This document shows, one piece after another, positions 52,409 through 61,937 of a stretch of 64,000 nt of DNA. Positions within the stretch are counted from its first letter, which is position 1; each line of letters begins with the position of its first letter. A program made the position numbers and the translations under genes. The notes under the pieces are model-generated. The model made no database searches. It worked only from the letters and a program-made list of their open reading frames with translations, and was not told the origin of the DNA. This stretch comes from Deltaproteobacteria bacterium (GTDB lineage Bacteria; SAR324; XYD2-FULL-50-16): contig JABGPJ010000066.1 of NCBI GenBank assembly GCA_018645005.1, positions 41,808-105,807 of the forward strand. Reading direction: 5' to 3'.

Positions 52409-53329
52409 ATGACAGTTTATGTAGTAGGGCATAAAAGCCCGGATACCGATTCTGTAACTGCTGCAATCGCCTATGCCGGATTGAAAAAAGCGCAGGGAGT
52501 AGACGCAGTTGCGGCTTGTCAGGGAGAACTTAACCCTGAAACACAGATGGTATTGGATAAGTTCGGCTTTTCCGCTCCTGAGATCGTAACAGACGCTGCT
52601 GGCAAACAGGTAATCCTGGTTGACCACGGTGACCTGGCGCAAGCCCCGGATAACCTGGCCGATGGTGAATTACTGGAAGTTGTTGACCACCATAAAGTGG
52701 GTGACATCACCACAAACGGCCCCATATTTTTCTATACCAAGCCTGTGGGCTGTACTGGTACAATCCTGAAAGAACTATATGATACAAACAGCGTGGAAAT
52801 TCCAGCCAATGTTGCTGGGATTCTGCTTTGCGCCATCTTGAGTGATACAGTGCTGTTTAAATCACCGACCTGTACTGAAGAAGATAAAAAGGCGTGTGAT
52901 GAACTGGCAAAGATCGCAGGCGTGGACAATATGGAAGCGCTGGCCATGGAAATGTTCAAAGCGAAATCAGCGGTTGCAGGTGTTCCAGCAAGAGATCTGG
53001 TATTCCGCGATTATAAAGATTTCGATATGGGCGGCAAGAAAGTGGGTATTGGTCAATTAGAACTGGTCGACCTTTCTCTGATCGATGATGTTCGCGACGA
53101 TCTGCTGAAGGCGGTTCAAGAAGTTAAGGCCGAAGGACGACATTCCGTTTTCCTGATGCTGACCGATATTATGAAAGAGGGATCTGACCTGATGGTTGTT
53201 TCGGATGATCCTTCTGTTGTGGAAAAAGCTTTTGGCAAAAAACTGGAAGGGACAACAGTTTGGGTTGATGGAATGATGAGCCGCAAGAAGCAGGCTGTTC
53301 CGCCTCTGCAGGAAGCTTTTGGTGCATAG
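52409..53329 (+). CDS. ppaC: Mn-dependent (family II) inorganic pyrophosphatase
   Basis: GHKSPDTDS, LVDH, VDHH, SDTVLFKSPT, SRKKQ; no CBS insert. Confidence 0.96.
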   Translation: MTVYVVGHKSPDTDSVTAAIAYAGLKKAQGVDAVAACQGELNPETQMVLDKFGFSAPEIVTDAAGKQVILVDHGDLAQAPDNLADGELLEVVDHHKVGDITTNGPIFFYTKPVGCTGTILKELYDTNSVEIPANVAGILLCAILSDTVLFKSPTCTEEDKKACDELAKIAGVDNMEALAMEMFKAKSAVAGVPARDLVFRDYKDFDMGGKKVGIGQLELVDLSLIDDVRDDLLKAVQEVKAEGRHSVFLMLTDIMKEGSDLMVVSDDPSVVEKAFGKKLEGTTVWVDGMMSRKKQAVPPLQEAFGA

Positions 53330-53741
53330 CAACTAGTGGGTTGCTTGAAGTTGTTTCTTTTATCGCCCGCCACGGCATAAATAATCGCTTGTCGGGTGAT
53401 AAAAACCGGAAAGTAAAACGAAAATTCCGGGTCTGGATCCGATTCGGTGAAATCTGAAGTTCACTTCTGATGATTGGAACCGAACACCGAGTTACAGATT
53501 TCAAGCGGTTGACTGACACTTGTGCCGTATTTCAACAGGTTACCGAAATTGTCAGTCTGACCGCTTACGAATCGTTACTTTTTCTTTAAATTTTGTGTTA
53601 CTTCTACTATATGTATATCTCCATCTTTCGACTATTTAAAATCAGTGGAAGTTGTACAAAACGGAAAAGAGAATATTTGTTCACGCCTCAGGCGTAAGAT
53701 GATTTTTTCATAAGATTAACGAGAATAATCTGGGAGGAAAA

Positions 53742-54971
53742 ATGCAACTAACTGGATTGAAGTACGGAAAGCTTTTAATGGACATGGTCGAATTCCCCGT
53801 AGCCAAAATGCTGACAGAAGATGCTACGAAAGAGGAAATTGAAGGAATGTTAAAAGAGTCCGGGAAAGTGGTGGTCAAACCGTCTTTTATGGGAAGTGCG
53901 GGTAAGAAGGGAAAGGCCGGATTGGTAAAAATCGCTAGTAGTTATGCGGAAGCAGATGCTGCTAGAAAAGAAATGTTTTTCGCCAAATACAGCCAGGGGC
54001 CGGTTGAGCATAAGGCTAAAGGGGTGACTTTCGAAGAGTTTGTTGAATCGGATGCGGAACTGTATTTCAGTTTGACAACATCGACCATTACACGGAAGCC
54101 GGTCATGCTTTTGATCGTTGAAGGTGGTGTCGAAGTTGAAGATCTGCCCGCGGAAAAGAAAGCCATCGTTTCATTTGATCCATTGGTCGGATTGAAAGGG
54201 TATCATGTTAACGATGCGTTAATTAAATTGGGTTGCCCCAAGGCTTTCATCAGCCCTCTCGTGCAGCAACTGCCAAAATTATGGGATTTATATAACAATT
54301 ATGGACTAACCATGATTGAGCTTAATCCGATCAGGATGAAGAAAGGAAAAAGGCCATTGCCTGTGGCATGCGACGTCAAGGCTGCTTTCGACCAGGATGA
54401 TCCGGCACATACACGTATTAAGTTACCACCCGAAGTCTTCGCAACTGAACTCACCGATTTTGAATTGGAAATCAACCAGTTGAGAACCTATCAGGGACAA
54501 AGTGATGTGGTTGAAATCAATCCAAGTGGAACCATTCTACCTTTCATGTTTGGTGGTGGTGCCAACAGTGCAGCCACAGAAGTTCTAGGAGACAGAGCAA
54601 TCTTTTCATCTGACTTTGGCGGGAACCCCCCGTACCAGAAGATGAAGGAGATAGCCGATATCTCTTACCGACATTTCCTGGCACGTGCCAACATTGTGTC
54701 GATTATCGGTGGTAAGGCAAACAATACCGATATCTTCGTGACTTTTAAAGCGATGCTGGACGCGCTGAGAGAGAATATCAAACTGAATCCGAATATTCAC
54801 GTAGTGATTGGCCGTGGTGGCCCCCAGGTTGTTCAGGGTATGATCTACGCTCGTGACCTTCTCGACAGTCTGAAGATCCCTTACAAAATGTTCGGATTTG
54901 ACAGCAGTATGATCGGAGTATTGAATTATACGTTGGAACTGGATGCCTGGCTTGAGTCTAAGAAAAAATAA
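53742..54971 (+). CDS. aclB: ATP citrate lyase, ATP-grasp/citrate-binding subunit
   Basis: KP...GKKGKAGLV, IELNP, FGGGAN, FGGNP, IIGGKANNT, GRGGP. Confidence 0.85.
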   Translation: MQLTGLKYGKLLMDMVEFPVAKMLTEDATKEEIEGMLKESGKVVVKPSFMGSAGKKGKAGLVKIASSYAEADAARKEMFFAKYSQGPVEHKAKGVTFEEFVESDAELYFSLTTSTITRKPVMLLIVEGGVEVEDLPAEKKAIVSFDPLVGLKGYHVNDALIKLGCPKAFISPLVQQLPKLWDLYNNYGLTMIELNPIRMKKGKRPLPVACDVKAAFDQDDPAHTRIKLPPEVFATELTDFELEINQLRTYQGQSDVVEINPSGTILPFMFGGGANSAATEVLGDRAIFSSDFGGNPPYQKMKEIADISYRHFLARANIVSIIGGKANNTDIFVTFKAMLDALRENIKLNPNIHVVIGRGGPQVVQGMIYARDLLDSLKIPYKMFGFDSSMIGVLNYTLELDAWLESKKK

Positions 54972-55081
54972 GGCTGATCCAAAAATGACCAAATGAATCT
55001 TAAAGATTGATTCATTCAGACTTGAATCGAATATTTTGAATATGCTAATCAGAAAATATATCACTTTTTATTGGAGAAGCT

Positions 55082-57796
55082 ATGAGCCAAACTAATCCGT
55101 TCCCCTACTATGTGGGAATAAATAGTCTAGAAGAGATAGCGAATAAACAGACACGCTGTGTTGTGATGAATATTCTTGGTGGTGAGAGTAAAGGTGTTAC
55201 CCCTACATCACACGAGTTCAGCGGTGGAAACATTGTTGCGGGTGTCCAGTATGGACGAGCCGGCAAAATGGAAACAAAAATCGGTGATATTCCGGTTTTT
55301 GGAAGTATCAAAGAGATCGTTGATGCAGGCATCGAGTTTGACACGGGTGTGATTTATCTTCCACCAACTGCTGTTGCTGCCGCTGCTGACGAATTGATCG
55401 CGCACAATCCGAAACTGACCAAGATCGTTGTCCTGACTGAAAAAGTCAGCGTGAAGGACTCCCAGTTTATCCGTGCAATAGCCCAGAGCAATCAGATTGA
55501 CGTTTTTGGTGGGAACTGCCTGGGTATCGGGAATTCCTGGGAACAGGTTCGTGTGGGTGGCGCTTTGGGTGGAAAATCACCCGGTGAGAGTCTGGTGAAA
55601 GGAAGTGTGGCTGTTTACAGTAACTCTGGGAACTTCAGTACAACCATTCCGGAATATTTAAAAACAGGTGGTTGGGGAACATCAACGGTGCTGAGCAGTG
55701 GAAAAGACCTCTATATCCAGTTCGCTCTGGCAGAATTCCTGAACGCAGCTGAAAATGATGCACGCACCAAGGGTATCATGATGTATATCGAGCCGGGCGG
55801 ATATTATGAAAAACAAGCCCTGGACTGGATTGAAGAAGGTCTGTACAAGTTTACCAAGCCTATCGTTTGTTGTGTCACCGGACGCTGGAAAGCCAACCTG
55901 TCACGTGCGGTCGGCCATGCTGGCGCAATCGCTGGTGGTGGTGATGATGCGCTGGCCAAAGAGGGGTGGTTTGATACCTATTTTGGAGTGGGTGAGTTTG
56001 ATCCAGCCAACCCCAAAGTCTCAAAAAAGGGTGTTCGCATCGCTTCTATCCAGGATGCTCCGACAGCCATGACAGCGATCATGAAAGAGATCGGTGTTGA
56101 GCCGGATTTTGTATCATCAGGTGACCTAAGCCTGAAGCCCTGGTTTGTGAATGACCAGGATGCCGGAATCCCGGAAAAACTGCAAATGCAGAAAGTTGAA
56201 GCCATGGCGCCTTACAATGATGCCATCAAAAAACTGGGAAACCAGGTGGGTGCGCAACTGTCACGGGAATCCATGCGGAATAAATCAGGTGCCAGTATGA
56301 TGAACCCCAAATCTCAGATTACCGAAGTTCATGGGGTTTCTGTGCTGGATTTGGTCAAGGAAAGCTTTGCTGCGACAAACGTCTTTGCTCTGATAAAAGA
56401 GCTGCCCGCTGCTGCAGATATGCCGATGGTTAACGCGATCATGAACTACTACACGGCCATTGGTGCTGAGAACATGGATGTGGCTGTAAAAGCCCGTGCC
56501 AACGATTCATTGCCCAACGCTTATCTGGGTGCTGCTGTGATGATGAATGGTGACAGACAACTGTTCAAAGATTACCGAGCCATGACCAACACCATGATCG
56601 ACCTGTTCTATACCCAGGTCTGGAATGACAAGTCTGTCAATGAGGCTGCCATTGCTAAAGCGCTTGAGCAAAAAGGTGCCATGCCGGAAGGGGAAGCCAG
56701 TGCACAGGACGCCAAAGTGGCTGATTTCTTTGTTGACGTGATTGAGAAAAACAACCTCCAGAGTGTGTTTACTGAATACGCCATTAAATACGCAGCAGAA
56801 AACAAGGTGAATAAGCTGGACTTGCTGATGGCTGCCATGCTGCTGACACTTTCCTGGAAGGCCCTGACAGACAGGCAGATCCCACAGGAAACAGCGGCTG
56901 ATCTCGGTAACTACCTGTTCCTCAATGGTGTGATTGTGGGTTGTTCAGCTCCGGCTTATCCAAATAACGATTTCTGGAACAAGCTGACCTCACTGGAGGA
57001 CCTCAGTCTGTTGAATATGGATTTCTCTGATTCGATTTTCAGGATTCTCTTTAACAGGGAACCGGCAGAGAAAGAACTGTTTGCACTGAACGCCATGTTG
57101 AATCTGACGATCTCCAACGGACCAGGTACGGTTAGTGCCAAGGGATCCAAGGAATCTGTCAGTGGTGGTAACCCCATCGCTTCCTGCTATGTCGGTTGGA
57201 TGGAAAACACCGGTCGTGATCACGGTGGAAACGGATTTGAGGCCATCAAGTATGTGAATGACAACATGGGCGCTTTTGATCCGTACAAGGCGACATCTGA
57301 AGAGATGAATGCAGCCATGGAAGAAATTGCACAGAAAGCTGCAGAAGAATATGGCTCATTGAAGAAAAAAGCCAAGGAAGAAGGTGACATGAAGTACTTC
57401 AAGGTGCCTTGTGTGAATCATCCTGTCTTCAAAGGCAAGCCGATTAACTACGATCCTCGAGAGACTCACATTCGAGAACTGTTCAAGGAAAGAAATGAAA
57501 TAAATCCCTTCCAGGAATTTTATCATGTTCTTGTCCAGAAACTTTACGATGTGGGTGCAACCAAAAACGTGTTCTGCGTCAACATCGATGCAGTTATTGC
57601 CACCATCTCACTGGATCTGATTTGGAAAGATATCAAGAGTGGGGCCATGCCTGAAAAAGATATGCAGGACATCGCTTTTACACTCTTCCAGTTTGCACGG
57701 ATGGTGGGTTGTTCAGCTGAAATCGCCGATCATAAGAGCCGTGGAAACCCGATCGATTGTAGAACTCCTGCCAGCCAATGTTTCTGGGTTGGTTAG
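55082..57796 (+). CDS. aclA: ATP citrate lyase large subunit, long form (904 aa)
   Basis: CoA-binding/ligase domains (GGNCLG, SNSGN, phospho-His GHAGA) plus citrate-synthase-like C-terminus (NGPG, HGG, NHPVFK, NIDAVIA). Confidence 0.85.
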   Translation: MSQTNPFPYYVGINSLEEIANKQTRCVVMNILGGESKGVTPTSHEFSGGNIVAGVQYGRAGKMETKIGDIPVFGSIKEIVDAGIEFDTGVIYLPPTAVAAAADELIAHNPKLTKIVVLTEKVSVKDSQFIRAIAQSNQIDVFGGNCLGIGNSWEQVRVGGALGGKSPGESLVKGSVAVYSNSGNFSTTIPEYLKTGGWGTSTVLSSGKDLYIQFALAEFLNAAENDARTKGIMMYIEPGGYYEKQALDWIEEGLYKFTKPIVCCVTGRWKANLSRAVGHAGAIAGGGDDALAKEGWFDTYFGVGEFDPANPKVSKKGVRIASIQDAPTAMTAIMKEIGVEPDFVSSGDLSLKPWFVNDQDAGIPEKLQMQKVEAMAPYNDAIKKLGNQVGAQLSRESMRNKSGASMMNPKSQITEVHGVSVLDLVKESFAATNVFALIKELPAAADMPMVNAIMNYYTAIGAENMDVAVKARANDSLPNAYLGAAVMMNGDRQLFKDYRAMTNTMIDLFYTQVWNDKSVNEAAIAKALEQKGAMPEGEASAQDAKVADFFVDVIEKNNLQSVFTEYAIKYAAENKVNKLDLLMAAMLLTLSWKALTDRQIPQETAADLGNYLFLNGVIVGCSAPAYPNNDFWNKLTSLEDLSLLNMDFSDSIFRILFNREPAEKELFALNAMLNLTISNGPGTVSAKGSKESVSGGNPIASCYVGWMENTGRDHGGNGFEAIKYVNDNMGAFDPYKATSEEMNAAMEEIAQKAAEEYGSLKKKAKEEGDMKYFKVPCVNHPVFKGKPINYDPRETHIRELFKERNEINPFQEFYHVLVQKLYDVGATKNVFCVNIDAVIATISLDLIWKDIKSGAMPEKDMQDIAFTLFQFARMVGCSAEIADHKSRGNPIDCRTPASQCFWVG

Positions 57797-58040
57797 TGTT
57801 TGACGGTCAAAACTGTTTTGGGCAGCTGCGAAATGGGTATAAACACGCTTTCAAGGCTGCCAATCAGTGACCTGGATCAATCAATAATTTGAGACGTTAT
57901 TGTAGAGTGGGTCAACAGAAGAGAAAGAGTACGATAACCGCCCATCGGTGCTGAAAAAAGAGCTTAGATGGGAGGTTCATTTGGGGGAAACACAAATCTG
58001 TGTTTCAAACGATTTAAAAACAGATATTACGGAGAATAAT

Positions 58041-58379
58041 ATGGGTTTTGAACTGAATGGCACAACTTATGAGACTGACGAAGATGGATACTTGATCAAC
58101 ATCGGTGGATGGAACGAAGATGTGGCCCATCACCTGGCTGAAGAAGAAGAGATTCCAGAACTGACCGAAAAACACTGGCAGATTATTAATTTTCTGAGAG
58201 GCTACTACGAAGAATACCAGATCGCGCCGATGATCAAGATTTTGATCAAAGCCATCATGAAAGATATGGATCTTTCCAAGCGTGATGCTTCAAAGATGCT
58301 GTATGAACTGTATCCTGCAGGACCTGCAAAGCAAGCCTGTAAAATTGCCGGACTGCCTAAGCCGACCGGTTGCGTCTAG
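58041..58379 (+). CDS. dsrC: Sulfur carrier DsrC
   Basis: TDEDGYL, HWQII.FLR.YY, C-terminal ACKIAGLPKPTGCV with both Cys (CX10C); GGAG RBS. Confidence 0.96.
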   Translation: MGFELNGTTYETDEDGYLINIGGWNEDVAHHLAEEEEIPELTEKHWQIINFLRGYYEEYQIAPMIKILIKAIMKDMDLSKRDASKMLYELYPAGPAKQACKIAGLPKPTGCV

Positions 58380-58512
58380 CCCATTTCGCATGATAAATGC
58401 CCCGGGATCATTGAATTTGATGATCGTCTAGGGGAAGTTTTTTCAATAATCGCCAACAAAGGGTGATACAAATTTACTAATTTGAGATTGCCCAGCTATT
58501 TGGAGAGGATTA

Positions 58513-59727
58513 ATGTCAGATACACCAATGATGGACGAACTGGAAAAAGGTCCATGGCCAAGTTTCGTCAGAGAAATTAGAAGAGCCGGTAAGCAAAGTG
58601 CTACCGCAAGAGATTTAATTAATATTCTTGAACTGTCTTACAAAGATAAAAAAACCCACTGGAAACATGGTGGTGTTGTCGGTGTCAGGGGATACGGTGC
58701 CGGTGTTATCGGCCGCTATGTCGATGATCCCGTCCAGTTTCCCGGCGTTGCCCATTTCCATACGGTTCGTGTGAACCAGACCTCCGGTTTTGTGTACAAT
58801 ACCAAAGGACTGGGCGAGATCATGGATATCTGGGACAAACGTGGTTCCGGTATGACCAACATGCACGGTTCTACGGGTGACCTGGTTCTTCTAGGAACAA
58901 CCTCAGAACAACTGGATCCGATTTTTACTGACATCTCCCAGAAAGGTTGGGACTTGGGTGGTTCCGGATCGGATTTGAGAACACCAAGCTGCTGCCTGGG
59001 TCCTGCACGCTGTGAATACGCCTGTATCGACACACTGGCAATTACACGGGAGTGTACAAACTATTACCAGGATGAATTGCATCGCCCGGCGTTTCCATAC
59101 AAGTTTAAGATTAAAGTCGCCGGTTGTTCAAACGACTGTGTGGCATCGATTGCCCGTTCCGACCTCTCAATTATCGGAACCTGGAAAGATGATATCCGCA
59201 TTGATCAGGACGAAATTGCAAATTACGTCAAGGGTGGCGGAATTGATATCATGAAGGAAGTGGTCATGATGTGCCCAACCCAATGTATCGATTTTGATGG
59301 CACCAAAATGGAGATCGACAACAGCAACTGTGTTCACTGTATGCACTGCATCAACAAATTGACTAAGGCACTGCGTGTTGGAACAGATCAAGGTGCAACA
59401 ATTCTGCTGGGTGCTAAGGCGCCGATTGTTGAAGGAGCGATGCTTGCTTCCGTGATTGTACCCTTTATGAAACTGGAAGAACCATTTGAAAATCTGAAAG
59501 AATTGATCGAAGCTCTCTGGGAAGTCTGGGATGAAGATGGAAAGAACAAGGAGCGGATTGGTGAATTCATGGAAAGAATGGGGAAAGGTGAATTTGTTGA
59601 AGCTGTCGGAGAACAACTCGCTGACGGTGAATGCGGAATCGAAATGACCTCTCAAATTGATATGATTAACCATCCGAGAGAGAACCCATACATTTTCTAC
59701 GATGAGTATCTTGAAGAAGAAGGCTAG
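58513..59727 (+). CDS. dsrA: Dissimilatory sulfite reductase alpha subunit
   Basis: GPWPSFV, THWKHGG, HGSTGD, CLGPARC / GCSNDC, ELHRPAFPYKFK. Confidence 0.98.
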   Translation: MSDTPMMDELEKGPWPSFVREIRRAGKQSATARDLINILELSYKDKKTHWKHGGVVGVRGYGAGVIGRYVDDPVQFPGVAHFHTVRVNQTSGFVYNTKGLGEIMDIWDKRGSGMTNMHGSTGDLVLLGTTSEQLDPIFTDISQKGWDLGGSGSDLRTPSCCLGPARCEYACIDTLAITRECTNYYQDELHRPAFPYKFKIKVAGCSNDCVASIARSDLSIIGTWKDDIRIDQDEIANYVKGGGIDIMKEVVMMCPTQCIDFDGTKMEIDNSNCVHCMHCINKLTKALRVGTDQGATILLGAKAPIVEGAMLASVIVPFMKLEEPFENLKELIEALWEVWDEDGKNKERIGEFMERMGKGEFVEAVGEQLADGECGIEMTSQIDMINHPRENPYIFYDEYLEEEG

Positions 59728-59832
59728 GGGTCCTTTCACTGGGAATTTGGTTAATTATCATACAAATGGTGAATTTCCAAATAGACCTTAACGATTTTGT
59801 TTTAAACAACATGTAATTTCTAAAGGGAAAAT

Positions 59833-60906
59833 ATGGCAGAAGAAAGAATTACTGACCAGGGTGCGAAGGACTATAAAGAGTTCCTGCATCCGGTTATGGT
59901 AAAAAATTACGGACAGTGGAAATACCACGAAATTCTCAAGCCTGGTGTTCTGGTCCATGTCGCTGATTCCGGAGATAAGATTTACAGTGTCCGGGTCGCT
60001 TCACCCAGGCTGTTGAGCACGGTGAGTATTCGGTTTTTCATGTCTGTTGCGGATAAGTATTGTGACGGTTTCCTGAGATGGACAACCCGAAACAACGTTG
60101 AGTTCCTGACTGATAAGGAAGAAAATGTTGAACTGATCATCAAGGCTGTGAACGACGATGGCTGGCCGGTCGGTGGAACAGGAAGAACTGCTTCCAACGT
60201 TGTGCATACACAGGGTTGGGTTCATTGTCATACATCGGCAACTGATGCTTCCGGTATCGTAAAATCACTGATGGATGAGGTTTTCGAGGATTTTACATCA
60301 GAGAATCTTCCCGGAAAACTGAAACTGGCTCTGGCCTGTTGTCTGAATATGTGTGGTGCGGTCCACGCATCTGACATCTCCATTCTCGGTATTCACCGTC
60401 GACCCCCCAAGGTAGATTATCACTTGCTGGGTCAGATCTGTGAAATTCCGACAACTATCGCAGCTTGTCCGACTGGAGCGATCCGTCAGGATATCGTCGA
60501 TGGTGTGAAAGCGATGAAAATAATTGAAGATCAGTGTATGTTCTGCGGTGCCTGCTACACAGCTTGCCCCAACATGCCTCTGGCAGATGCCCTGAATGAC
60601 GGTGTCTCTATCTGGGTCGGTGGGAAGATTGCAAACGCCAGATCCAAACCCGGCTTCACCAAGCTGGTTGTCCCTTTTCTTCCGAATAATCCGCCGCGAT
60701 GGCCGGAAGTTATTGATGCCGTGAAGAAAATTATTCAGGTATACAAAGATAACGGAAGAAAATGGGAACGCCTTGGCGAGATGATCGATCGGATTGGTTG
60801 GGCGAAGTTTTTTAAGCTGACAGGTTTTGCGTTTACCAAATATCATATTGATGATTATAAATTGGCGACCAAATCCTATAATATGTCGGCTCATGTAAGA
60901 TTTTAG
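59833..60906 (+). CDS. dsrB: Dissimilatory sulfite reductase beta subunit
   Basis: [46 protein letters not shown]. Confidence 0.98.
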   Translation: MAEERITDQGAKDYKEFLHPVMVKNYGQWKYHEILKPGVLVHVADSGDKIYSVRVASPRLLSTVSIRFFMSVADKYCDGFLRWTTRNNVEFLTDKEENVELIIKAVNDDGWPVGGTGRTASNVVHTQGWVHCHTSATDASGIVKSLMDEVFEDFTSENLPGKLKLALACCLNMCGAVHASDISILGIHRRPPKVDYHLLGQICEIPTTIAACPTGAIRQDIVDGVKAMKIIEDQCMFCGACYTACPNMPLADALNDGVSIWVGGKIANARSKPGFTKLVVPFLPNNPPRWPEVIDAVKKIIQVYKDNGRKWERLGEMIDRIGWAKFFKLTGFAFTKYHIDDYKLATKSYNMSAHVRF

Positions 60907-60915
60907 GAGTTAAAA

Positions 60916-61188
60916 ATGGCAGTAGATTTAAATGTAGTAGCTGAAGATATGTTTGAAATGGTTAAAGAAGTTGCCGGCATCAAAAAATTAAAACCGGGTG
61001 ACGTTTTGAAAGCCATGGTCAAGAAGTATGGGGATCAGGGATTCACGAAGAAAGATGCGAAAGCAGCTATCCGCATTCTGATTGATGGTGAAAGGCTGGT
61101 ATATACCTATATCAACGGCTCTTTTGTTGAACTGCCCCATGAAGACGGCGCCGCTATGGCCGCTAATGAGGCTGCAAGGAATAAATAA
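60916..61188 (+). CDS. dsrD: DsrD (small winged-helix DsrAB activator)
   Basis: 90 aa, directly after dsrB; KKLKPGD...KAAIRILID..RLVYTY.NGSF pattern. Confidence 0.8.
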   Translation: MAVDLNVVAEDMFEMVKEVAGIKKLKPGDVLKAMVKKYGDQGFTKKDAKAAIRILIDGERLVYTYINGSFVELPHEDGAAMAANEAARNK

Positions 61189-61264
61189 AGTTTGAAGTCC
61201 CGGCTTTTCTTCGATCGTTTGGAAAAGCCGGAACCTCATCCAATGATATATTGACCGGAAAAGC

Positions 61265-61627
61265 ATGTTTGTAATAACTGAACGCGCGGCAGAGCAGTTT
61301 AAAAACTCTGCTGATGCAGTGGGTGATGATACCGTTTCATTGCGGATCTCCGCTAGAATATCCGTTCCCGGCGGTATGAAGTATAATATGGGCTTTGACC
61401 ATCAAAAAGAGGATGACACAGCCTGTGAGATATCCGGGATAAAGTTTCTACTGGATCCGGAATCGGTTAAAAATACAAAGGATATGTTGGTTGACTTTCG
61501 AGACTTTGAGGGCGCTGAACAATTTGTATTTCTGAACCCCAATGATAAAAAAGAAAACTGTGAAACATCACCCGATGGGTGTGATCCCGATGGTAACCCA
61601 ACCTGTAAAACCTGTACAGGGGATTAG
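61265..61627 (+). CDS. dsrR: DsrR-like (IscA/HesB fold) protein with Cys-rich tail
   Basis: F.ITERAAEQ, LRISAR, Y.MGFD..EDD, FVFLNP.D; lacks canonical IscA cysteines. Confidence 0.72.
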   Translation: MFVITERAAEQFKNSADAVGDDTVSLRISARISVPGGMKYNMGFDHQKEDDTACEISGIKFLLDPESVKNTKDMLVDFRDFEGAEQFVFLNPNDKKENCETSPDGCDPDGNPTCKTCTGD

Positions 61628-61937
61628 GGCTGGCCACCAGGAGAACAGCACTTCCCGGACGGAGAGGTAAAGTACGACCGCCGTTGGAATCCGGTTTTCA
61701 AGAAAACCAGTGTAAGGTCCGAAGACTTCTTGCCCGGTTGGGCCTGAGCTCATCTGACAAACAGGCAATTCAGATTAGCTGCCTGTATTTAACTAGAGGC
61801 TGACCCCGCTGGGAATCGCTACAAACATTCTCCGGTGAACGTTAATTAATTCATGGTCGGTGGATATGGTAATTTCAAATTGCCTGGAAACTGCCTATTT
61901 TCTTTGATTGTGAAAAATTTTTTAAACAGGAAGAAAT

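Noticed and set aside
53742..57796. Succinyl-CoA synthetase sucCD
   Set aside because: The large subunit has a citrate-synthase-like C-terminus and the small subunit has ACL-type GGGAN/ANNT/RGGP motifs
61625..61747. Amber read-through of the dsrR-like gene (39 further sense codons)
   Set aside because: An open stretch this short arises easily by chance; TAG is a common stop in this cluster and no recoding machinery is in the window
61908..61925. Rex operator (TTGTGAAAAATTTTTTAA before dsrL; TTCACAA half-site before qmoA)
   Set aside because: Only half-site matches to TTGTGAA-N4-TTCACAA in AT-rich DNA
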